In this document: positions 16,889 through 23,188 of the stretch, piece after piece
How positions within the stretch are numbered: the first letter of the stretch is position 1
How the letters are laid out: each line of letters starts with the position of its first letter
NCBI GenBank assembly: GCA_964496765.1
Contig: CAZCAP010000001.1
Location: 1-23,188, forward strand
DNA length: 23,188 nt
Source: an uncultured archaeon
Lineage (GTDB): Archaea; Iainarchaeota; Iainarchaeia; Iainarchaeales; CSSED10-239
Reading direction: 5' to 3'
The notes under the pieces: generated by a model
Database searches by the model: none
What the model saw: only the letters and a program-made list of their open reading frames with translations
What the model was told of the DNA's origin: nothing
Position numbers and translations under genes: made by a program

Positions 16889-17086
16889 ATGGGTTTCGGT
16901 AGAGATGGTGGAGACAGAGATAGAGGAAATAGATTTAATAACAGAGGCGGAGGAAGTTTCCAACCAAGACAAATGCATAAAGCAAAGTGTTCTGAATGTG
17001 GACAAGATTGTGAAGTTCCATTCAAACCAACAGAAGGAAAGCCAGTTTTTTGTAGAGAATGCTACAATAAGAGAAGAGTTGATTAA
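16889..17086 (+). CDS. Small zinc protein with Gly/Arg-rich N-terminus and CxxC-x(n)-CxxC domain
   Basis: MGFGRDGGDRDRGNRFNNRGGGSFQPRQMHKAKCSECGQDCEVPFKPTEGKPVFCRECYNKRRVD. AGGTGA spacing favours ATG 16889 over 16883. Confidence 0.85.
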   Translation: MGFGRDGGDRDRGNRFNNRGGGSFQPRQMHKAKCSECGQDCEVPFKPTEGKPVFCRECYNKRRVD

Positions 17087-17205
17087 ATTCTAATCTCAAA
17101 CTAAAAAAAGGAGCTAGATTTTTTTCTAGTTTCTTTTCCTAACATCTTAATTCTTTTTCTAATAAATTAATCTAATTTTATTTTGTTATATTTCTTGGAC
17201 ATTAT

Positions 17206-17670
17206 TTAATATTTTATTTGTGCTAAATTTTGAATTTTCTCACAATAGATACATTTGAATCTGGTGTTATTATCTATTACTTTGAATTTTGTAGAAATTG
17301 GCTCAACATTTGTAATACAGTTTGGGTTATTGCAAGTAATTATTCTTTCAATCATTTCTGGCATTTTAACTATCCATTTCTTTACAACAACATTATCTCT
17401 AATAATGTTTATAGTTGTGTGCTCAGAAATAATTGCAACCTTATTTAGCTCATCTTCAGTAAGTTCTTTGTTTTCAATCTTAATTAGGTCCTTCTTTCCT
17501 TGCTTCTTACTGTCTAAGTTTTTCGCAATCACAATCAAAGTATCTATCTTGCTTAGATTCAATGCCTTATATATTCCAATTGCCTTACCAGCATCAATGT
17601 GGTCAATAACAACTCCGTTACTAATTACTCCAATTTTTCTAGGTTCAATATCATCCATATATCTTTTCAC
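17206..17670 (-). CDS. pyrI: Aspartate carbamoyltransferase regulatory subunit
   Basis: GVVIDHIDAGKAIGIYKALNL, VKKWIVKMPEMIERIITCNNPNCIT, FKCIYCEK zinc ligands. Confidence 0.94.
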   Translation of the reverse strand: MKRYMDDIEPRKIGVISNGVVIDHIDAGKAIGIYKALNLSKIDTLIVIAKNLDSKKQGKKDLIKIENKELTEDELNKVAIISEHTTINIIRDNVVVKKWIVKMPEMIERIITCNNPNCITNVEPISTKFKVIDNNTRFKCIYCEKIQNLAQIKY

Positions 17671-18601
17671 CCACTAGCCCTAGGCAAATGCAGAGTATAG
17701 CTTGCCTTACTGGAACTCCATTCTTTGCTTGCTTGAAATAGATATTATGTGTTGTAGAATCAACATCTGTTGTTATCTCATAAACCCTTGGAAGGGGATG
17801 CATAACAAGAATATCTTTATTTCCTTCTTTTTCAAGAATCTCTTTAGTTATTGTGTACTTCTTTTTTAAAGGTTCAATATCTATTGGCTCAACAATTCTT
17901 TCAACCTGTGTTCTAGTAACATATAAGATATCCAAATCCTTAAGGTTATTAATATAGGTATCTGAAACAATATACTTTATATTCTTTTTTTCAAGCAGAT
18001 CAAGATAATCTTTGCCTATTTGAAAATGATTATCTGCAATGAATTTAATTACTTTTGGATTGTATAAAGAAATTGCTTCAACAAGAGAATGAACTGTTCT
18101 TCCATATTTAAGATCCCCAAAAAAACCAATTGATAGATTATCTAGTCTTTTCTTTTCTTTCTTAATTGTATAGAGATCCAATAGGGTCTGAGTTGGATGT
18201 TGATTTGTTCCATCTCCTGCATTAATTATTGGTTTAGTTGTTATTTCGCTAGCTAAACGTGGTGCTCCTTCAAATTTTGTTCTCATAACAATTAAATCTG
18301 AATAATCAGAAATAATTTTAATTGAGTCAGAGAACGTTTCTCCTTTTTTTAAAGATGTGTTTGAAATATCATCAAATCCAATTGTGTTCCCACCAAGCTT
18401 TTTAACTGCTGTTTCAAAGGAAAGTTTTGTTCTTGTTGATGGCTCAAAAAAAAGGTTAGCAACAACTTTCCCATTAAGTATATCTTTGTATTTAGTTGGA
18501 TATTTTTCAATATCCTCAGCAATAGAAAGAATATAATTTATTTTAGAAACAGATAAATCTTGGATAGAGATGACACTTCGTATTTGGGTTTCACTAATCA
18601 T
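17651..18601 (-). CDS. pyrB: Aspartate carbamoyltransferase catalytic subunit
   Basis: FFEPSTRTKLSFETAVKKLGG, GDGTNQHPTQTLLDLYTI, VMHPLPRVYEI, YFKQAKNGVPVRQAIL. Confidence 0.97.
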   Translation of the reverse strand: MISETQIRSVISIQDLSVSKINYILSIAEDIEKYPTKYKDILNGKVVANLFFEPSTRTKLSFETAVKKLGGNTIGFDDISNTSLKKGETFSDSIKIISDYSDLIVMRTKFEGAPRLASEITTKPIINAGDGTNQHPTQTLLDLYTIKKEKKRLDNLSIGFFGDLKYGRTVHSLVEAISLYNPKVIKFIADNHFQIGKDYLDLLEKKNIKYIVSDTYINNLKDLDILYVTRTQVERIVEPIDIEPLKKKYTITKEILEKEGNKDILVMHPLPRVYEITTDVDSTTHNIYFKQAKNGVPVRQAILCICLGLVGEKIYG

Positions 18602-18754
18602 TTATATCACCTACCCTCTTACTATTAATTCTTGAATCAAACCTATTTAAAATAAGTTGGTTGGTTATGTAGCAATAACTAATTAATAAGTTTGATTAAT
18701 TTATTTTTTTTCTTTTAATTTCTATCCAATCTAGGCTGTGTTTTGCAGAATATC

Positions 18755-18775
18755 TTGGACACTTCTTTTGTCCAA
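18755..18775. repeat. Inverted repeat TTGGAC-N9-GTCCAA
   Basis: TTGGACACTTCTTTTGTCCAA in the divergent region between pyrB (-) and micro-ORF C (+). Confidence 0.7.
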
Positions 18776-18837
18776 TATGCTTTTATTTCCTTTGGTTAAC
18801 CTTTTAATTAAACTAATAAATTTAAGGAGAAATGATT

Positions 18838-18945
18838 ATGGTTTGTGATTGTGGATGTGTGTCTAAAAAACCTGTAGCAAAAAAGAAAGTTGTTGTTGCA
18901 AAGAAGAAAATTGTTGCAACAAAAAAGAAAGTTAAGAAAAAGTAA
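18838..18945 (+). CDS. Micro-ORF C, 35-aa Lys-rich peptide MVCDCGCVSKKPVAKKKVVVAKKKIVATKKKVKKK
   Basis: AAGGAGAAATGATTATG start context; composition matches micro-ORFs A and B, with an added N-terminal CDCGC motif. Not in the supplied track. Confidence 0.55.
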   Translation: MVCDCGCVSKKPVAKKKVVVAKKKIVATKKKVKKK

Positions 18946-19015
18946 TTGAAAATTCAGAAAATCAAAAGATCTGAAAAATAGGTGCTTTTCTTTGGGTAAA
19001 TTGAGGGCAATTACT

Positions 19016-19102
19016 CTACCCCAATCGCCTTCGATTTTTCATGCGTTTTCTAAGTTTTCTCGCAGATCTAGATTTTTCTCGAAAATTTAGCTTTTTCTTC
19101 AT
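19016..19102 (-). CDS. Possible 28-aa Arg/Lys-rich micro-ORF MKKKLNFREKSRSARKLRKRMKNRRRLG
   Basis: Open frame with extreme basic bias in the unannotated gap 18946-19220; no clear SD, so weak. Confidence 0.25.
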   Translation of the reverse strand: MKKKLNFREKSRSARKLRKRMKNRRRLG

Positions 19103-19129
19103 TTTTTCATTGATTTTATGCGTTTTTGG

Positions 19130-19175
19130 TCGGCATAACAGTTATTATCAAGAACGGAGGTTTTTAAGATGCCGA
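19130..19175. repeat. Inverted repeat TCGGCAT...ATGCCGA in the HNH upstream region
   Basis: 19130-19136 and 19169-19175, perfect 7 bp, 32-nt spacer. Confidence 0.6.
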
Positions 19176-19220
19176 TAGGGTTTTAAATGCTTTCATTAAT
19201 ATTTTAATTTGGTGATAATT

Positions 19221-19625
19221 ATGGATTATGCACAATCTAAAGAATATAAAAAAAATTGGGATCGTGAGCATGTAGAAGATATTAAAATTAGAAAAAGAAT
19301 AAGAGGTGCTTTAATCAAGAAAGAACTAATTAAATATAAAGGTGGGGCTTGTTCAAGATGTGGATACAATAAAACTTCTGTTGCATTAACTTTTCATCAT
19401 CTACATAACCAAGATCAAAAGAAAGAATATGATATTGCAACTAAGATAGGGAATAGGTGTTCTCTTGAATCTATTAAAAAGGAAGCAGATAAATGCATTC
19501 TAGTTTGTGAGAATTGCCATAGAGAGATCCACCAAGAGATGACAGACAAAATAAATAAACCAATTGAAGAGGCTTATGTAGCTACATTAAATGAAGTAAG
19601 TAAAAAATCTTTATATACACTTTAA
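19221..19625 (+). CDS. Small stand-alone HNH-type nuclease-like protein
   Basis: CSRCGYNKTSVALTFHHLHNQDQKKE...CILVCENCHREIHQE (CxxC...HH...CxxCHxxxH). ATG 19221 has GGTG upstream; the track ORF begins at an upstream TTG. Confidence 0.75.
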   Translation: MDYAQSKEYKKNWDREHVEDIKIRKRIRGALIKKELIKYKGGACSRCGYNKTSVALTFHHLHNQDQKKEYDIATKIGNRCSLESIKKEADKCILVCENCHREIHQEMTDKINKPIEEAYVATLNEVSKKSLYTL

Positions 19626-19663
19626 TTGTTTGTGAAAATTGTGTCCAACAAATATAGCAGATT

Positions 19664-20284
19664 TTATTTATATCTCTTCGGTACTTTCACATAGTTTGGC
19701 AAAATAATTATTTCTCTTTTGAATTTTTCCTTGCTTACTAAATCAAGCTTTATGTTCTTTGAAACAAGTTGCTTATGTTTAATGTCTGAGAACCTAGCTT
19801 CCGTTTCTTTCACTAACCTAGTACTTTTGAGATTTTCTTCTGTAAACTTAATAGGCAAAGGAAGAGAATGTCCTCTCAGACCCATATACCCTTGAAAACT
19901 AAAATAATTATCAAAATAACTCATTGCAAGTTCACGAAGAGACTTGTACACAGGATATCTATATCTCAACCCAAGAAACTTGCTTTGGGCAATAGCTCCA
20001 TATAATCCTTTTACCTTAAACACACAAAGAACGTGATCTTCATCTCTTACAGCAGTTAAATCTATTAGGAAGGACTTGATTTTATGTTCTTGTAAAACAA
20101 AGCACGCAAAGATAGCTGCTTCAAGACAATCTCCTTTCTTTTCTCTTAGCACATCAAAAACAGATATTCTTTTTCCTGTGTTGTATCCTATTGAATTAAC
20201 AAACTTTTGGATCTTCCAAGGGGTGTTGAGTTTGTTTATTAGCCTTTGTTCTTCTTTGTTAAAAACATCTTTCATTCTAATCAC
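19664..20284 (-). CDS. Transglutaminase-like superfamily (cysteine protease fold) protein
   Basis: SVFDVLREKKGDCLEAAIFACFVLQEHKIKSFLIDLTAVRDEDHVLCVFKVKGLYGAIAQSK fits the Cys...His...(Asp) pattern of transglutaminase-like domains. Confidence 0.6.
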   Translation of the reverse strand: MIRMKDVFNKEEQRLINKLNTPWKIQKFVNSIGYNTGKRISVFDVLREKKGDCLEAAIFACFVLQEHKIKSFLIDLTAVRDEDHVLCVFKVKGLYGAIAQSKFLGLRYRYPVYKSLRELAMSYFDNYFSFQGYMGLRGHSLPLPIKFTEENLKSTRLVKETEARFSDIKHKQLVSKNIKLDLVSKEKFKREIIILPNYVKVPKRYK

Positions 20285-20377
20285 TTTCTAAAGATAAAGC
20301 ATGCAAAGATATTTAAACCTAATATACTACATATAATTAGGGTTTTAATGAAAGAAATTAATATAAATAATTAAGAG

Positions 20378-20623
20378 ATGATTTATATGTATGGAGATGT
20401 TAGGCCATCTATGTTTGGTAACAAGGCACAGGAAAAGCAAAAGCAAGTGCAAGCTGCAACTAAAGATGTTGCGTATCTTAGAAGACCCTATAGAGGAAGA
20501 GAAGTTATTGTTTACATTGATAAGGATGATAATTTTTATACAAACTTTGATAATACTAAATGTTCACACTTTTCTGAAGCTTTACAAAAAGCCTATGAAA
20601 AGATTAATCTTGGAGAATATTAA
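20378..20623 (+). CDS. Hypothetical 81-aa protein
   Basis: Short ORF followed by the next gene with a normal gap; start could be ATG 20387; no family recognised. Confidence 0.6.
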   Translation: MIYMYGDVRPSMFGNKAQEKQKQVQAATKDVAYLRRPYRGREVIVYIDKDDNFYTNFDNTKCSHFSEALQKAYEKINLGEY

Positions 20624-20649
20624 TTAAAACAAAATAGGAGGCATAAAAA

Positions 20650-20964
20650 ATGCAAATTTTCGCTTTATTAGGACTTACTTTAGTAATTGTAGCATGGATA
20701 TTACAACTATTATCAACTATTAAGGGAAGTAAATCAATTCAACCACAATTCGTTTTATTTTATTTAATTGGTGTAATTTTTTTAGTAATTGATGGTTTTG
20801 CAGCAGGGCTTAATGATCTTGCATTCTTAAATCTTATAAGTTTCCTTGTATCACTTGCTGTGTTTATTAGGCTTGTAAGTAGAGAACACGAACACCCTAA
20901 GCCAATAGTTAGATCAAAGCCAATAGTTAAATCAAAAGCTAAATCTAAAAGAAAGAAGAAATAA
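20650..20964 (+). CDS. Small PQ-loop/SemiSWEET-like membrane protein with Lys-rich tail
   Basis: MQIFALLGLTLVIVAWILQLLSTIKGSKSIQPQFVLFYLIGVIFLVIDG, three hydrophobic spans, tail SKPIVKSKAKSKRKKK; AGGAGG upstream. Confidence 0.65.
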   Translation: MQIFALLGLTLVIVAWILQLLSTIKGSKSIQPQFVLFYLIGVIFLVIDGFAAGLNDLAFLNLISFLVSLAVFIRLVSREHEHPKPIVRSKPIVKSKAKSKRKKK

Positions 20965-20980
20965 TTTCTTTCTTTTTTTC

Positions 20981-21430
20981 TTATTTTTTTAATAATTTTT
21001 TAAAAGTTATGGGGTTAATTACTTTTATACCTTTGATTCTTTTATGGTTCTTGTCGTTGAAGGAATAGATGGTGGTTATTTTATTGTCCAACATAGTTTG
21101 TAATAATAATGCATCATAGAAAGATATGTTTTTTTCAAAAGATAAATTTAGAGCATCAAAAACTGTAGTTTGATTGTAGTGAATTATTTCAAACATATCT
21201 TTGATGTTTGCTAAATCAAGTTCTATCTTTTTTTTATCGGATATCTTTAACTTTGTCCTTGCTATTGCTGCATATTCTTGATAATTTTGAATACCTATGC
21301 ATACTCTGTGGTCTGCATATAATTTTAAAATGAGGTTTCTTGCAATTTCTTTTTTCCCTAAATCAATATCTGTATATGCTGCAAGAAGTATATCAGTATC
21401 AATTAAACATCTATCTATCATAGTAATCAC
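20981..21430 (-). CDS. PIN-domain protein, VapC-like toxin
   Basis: LIDTDILLAAYTD, YQEYAAIAR, SFYDALLLQTMLDN, SFND: acidic residues in PIN order; overlaps a small upstream partner. Confidence 0.8.
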   Translation of the reverse strand: MITMIDRCLIDTDILLAAYTDIDLGKKEIARNLILKLYADHRVCIGIQNYQEYAAIARTKLKISDKKKIELDLANIKDMFEIIHYNQTTVFDALNLSFEKNISFYDALLLQTMLDNKITTIYSFNDKNHKRIKGIKVINPITFKKLLKK

Positions 21431-21704
21431 CTCTTGTTTTTTGATTTTTCTTTCCTGTTCCTATTTTGGTTGATCCTTCCTTAGAGGTTAGTTTCAAAAA
21501 ATCATCAGCTAAATTTGCTTTTTCATTAGTGAGTTTTGATATTGCTTTAATTATAGTTTTTGAAAGAGCATCCTTTCTATCTCCATAGTTTGCTTTTGCT
21601 GAATCACGGAGCATTCTTTCTGAATCTTTATCCAAAGATATTGTAATTACACCCATATTTTCCCACATCCTTTCGGCTTTAATTTTATTATATGGATATA
21701 TCAA
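21411..21704 (-). CDS. VapB-like ribbon-helix-helix antitoxin candidate
   Basis: GVITISLDKDSERMLRDSAKANYGDRKDALSKTIIKAISKL (RHH-like) just upstream of and overlapping the PIN gene. ATG at 21654 (MGVITIS) is a likely alternative start. Confidence 0.65.
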   Translation of the reverse strand: MIYPYNKIKAERMWENMGVITISLDKDSERMLRDSAKANYGDRKDALSKTIIKAISKLTNEKANLADDFLKLTSKEGSTKIGTGKKNQKTRGDYYDR

Positions 21705-21902
21705 AGGATTTTTAAATGTTGTTAATTACATAAACCATTAATTAAATAGTACTTTATTTAAATAATCTATTACTTAAATCCTGTGATTTATTTTTGGTAT
21801 AGTGTCCAACAAATATAACAACTCAAAAAAGATGTCAGAAAAATAGAATAAGAATAAAAAACAATCCCCTTTGTTTTCTATCCTCAATTATAAACTATGC
21901 TA

Positions 21903-22193
21903 CTAGGGGGCAGTTGTGTACATTCCTTTATCACAGGTTCCATCCTTAAATGCCCATTCCTCACATGCGCTTTTGTCAGGGAATAAGCACATACCGTATT
22001 GTCCATCAGGTCCATCTATTATCTGCAATTCTCCTCCATGTTTAACACAATAAACAGAAGCAGGGTTTGCAAGTCCTGTTTTTTGAGATTTATTTAACAG
22101 CAATATCCCAACAACAACAACAATAATAATTAGGATAATTACTCCAAAAATTATTATTTTTTTCCCTTTTATTGGATCAATTTTTTTCTTCAT
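21903..22193 (-). CDS. Membrane-anchored DUF333-domain protein
   Basis: N-terminal TM IIIFGVIILIIIVVVVGILLL then NPASVYCVKHGGELQIIDGPDGQYGMCLFPDKSACEEWAF. Confidence 0.8.
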   Translation of the reverse strand: MKKKIDPIKGKKIIIFGVIILIIIVVVVGILLLNKSQKTGLANPASVYCVKHGGELQIIDGPDGQYGMCLFPDKSACEEWAFKDGTCDKGMYTTAP

Positions 22194-22226
22194 TTAATTA
22201 CCTCCATATCAATGTATACATTTTAT

Positions 22227-22751
22227 TTAACATTCTCCTTCTTTTAATATCTGAACGCTACCAGCCATACATCTATTTGAATAAGTTACTCCATTTATTC
22301 CACAAATTGGTGCATATTCCATTGTACAAGCTGTTCCTTCTATTGCAGGATAGCTTCCTCCAATACTACATTCTTTTCTAAAGTATTTCCATTCTTCACA
22401 TTCAGAACCATCAGAAAACTTACAAACTCCATATTGTCCTGCTTCTATAGATCTCATTTCAAGTGTTCCACTATTATTTATACAATAAGTAGAAGCTGGA
22501 TTTGCAATCTGAGTTGGGCAAGAAGTTACTTCCCACACACAAGCTTCTTCAGCAGTTAACAAACATCTTCCAGTTGGTCCAGCGGATGTTATTCCATCAG
22601 AACATAATTGATTTGGCATACCAAGCGCAGGTCCACATTCTGACACATCACAAGTACTATCAATAGTTTTTGGTATATAGTTACCCCAGATTAACAATCC
22701 AACAATAACTACAACCAATATAACAATTCCAATAATTATTTTTTTTTCCAT
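22227..22751 (-). CDS. Membrane-anchored Cys-rich protein with ECGP, DUF333 and Kazal-like modules
   Basis: TM IIIGIVILVVVIVGLLIWG; CDVSECGPALGMPNQLC...GPTGRCL; NPASTYCINNSGTLEMRSIEAGQYGVCKFSDGSECEEWKYF; CTMEYAPICGINGVTYSNRCMAG...EGEC (Kazal pattern). Confidence 0.8.
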   Translation of the reverse strand: MEKKIIIGIVILVVVIVGLLIWGNYIPKTIDSTCDVSECGPALGMPNQLCSDGITSAGPTGRCLLTAEEACVWEVTSCPTQIANPASTYCINNSGTLEMRSIEAGQYGVCKFSDGSECEEWKYFRKECSIGGSYPAIEGTACTMEYAPICGINGVTYSNRCMAGSVQILKEGEC

Positions 22752-22764
22752 TTAATTTCACCCT

Positions 22765-23025
22765 TTATTTAATACATGCTCCCATTGGATCAGATTCAGT
22801 TATATTTTTAGGCATCTTACAGGTATATCCCTCAGGACATCCAAATCCAGCAATTCCTCCACACATGCAAACTCCTTTACCAAATATATTTGTTCCATAG
22901 CTTGCATTCCCAGCCACACAAAATTCTCTTGTAACTGTTTCAGAATTAAACTTTTGCCAAAATATGAATCCAGAAATTAATAAGACAATTAAGATTACTA
23001 TTCCTATTACAATTAATTTTTTCAT
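22765..23025 (-). CDS. Small membrane-anchored Cys-rich protein
   Basis: TM LIVIGIVILIVLLISGFIFW followed by a six-Cys ectodomain CVAGNASYGTNIFGKGVCMCGGIAGFGCPEGYTCKMPKNITESDPMGACIK. Confidence 0.7.
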   Translation of the reverse strand: MKKLIVIGIVILIVLLISGFIFWQKFNSETVTREFCVAGNASYGTNIFGKGVCMCGGIAGFGCPEGYTCKMPKNITESDPMGACIK

Positions 23026-23070
23026 TAAACTTACCCCCTATATTTCTTTAATAAAAATTATATTTTACTT

Positions 23071-23188
23071 TTATGTGAATTTACTAGAAATTACAGCTAA
23101 ATAAGCCCCCATAGCTGCAGTGGTTAACTGAACTAATCCCATGCTTATTAGAAACAATTTTGGAAAATCAAATAAGTAAACTACAATA
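23071..23188 (-). CDS. C-terminal fragment of a probable membrane protein, truncated by the window edge
   Basis: Open minus frame ...IVVYLFDFPKLFLISMGLVQLTTAAMGAYLAVISSKFT*. Confidence 0.45.
   Translation of the reverse strand, partial: IVVYLFDFPKLFLISMGLVQLTTAAMGAYLAVISSKFT

Noticed and set aside
16905-17093. Plus-strand +1-frame ORF over the CxxC gene
   Set aside because: Out-of-frame overlap with a zinc-motif protein that has a good SD; no features of its own.
17255-17677. 140-aa and 72-aa plus-strand ORFs opposite pyrI
   Set aside because: Antisense shadows of the well-supported pyrI gene; low-complexity Ile/Leu/Ser translations without recognisable features.
20391-20627. Alternative-frame ORF overlapping 20378-20623
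   Set aside because: The two frames are mutually exclusive; 20378-20623 has the better start context (AGAGATGATTT upstream) and less biased composition.
1-23188. CRISPR arrays, transposases, tRNA/rRNA genes
   Set aside because: No regularly spaced long repeats, no DDE/Tnp motifs, and no GGTTCRA-type T-arm within a cloverleaf context were found by eye; tRNAscan-SE/Infernal would be decisive.

Overview
AT-rich archaeal chromosomal window, probably a DPANN-type lineage (inferred from archaeal EF-2, DTD2-type D-aminoacyl-tRNA deacylase, a PyrB/PyrI pair and archaeal TATA boxes). Main contents: aEF-2; a divergent DXR-like protein that seems to have lost its catalytic motifs; dtdA; a tightly packed co-directional array (5303-12375) encoding nearly a complete dTMP/one-carbon pathway (dTMP kinase, SHMT, DNPH1/Rcl-like hydrolase, ThyA, DHFR, P-loop kinase-like + dCMP deaminase fusion) plus an AlkD-like protein and three uncharacterised proteins; a 2-TM K+ channel behind a 45-aa membrane micro-ORF; a wHTH-TM-beta-propeller fusion; an RGG-like CxxC zinc protein; pyrBI; an HNH protein; a transglutaminase-like protein; a VapBC-like pair; and three clustered anchored Cys-rich proteins (DUF333/Kazal-like). 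The most unusual material lies outside the ORF track. There are three Lys/Val/Ala-rich micro-ORFs (11, 26 and 35 aa) at two loci, an Arg/Lys-rich 28-aa antisense micro-ORF in a comparatively GC-rich, structured intergenic stretch, and a dispersed ~18-bp element (about GYTAWATWTBTTGGACAH) concentrated in intergenic DNA, including upstream of all three Lys-rich micro-ORFs. No CRISPR array, transposon, rRNA or convincing tRNA was seen. All family assignments are motif recognition by eye, with no database search.
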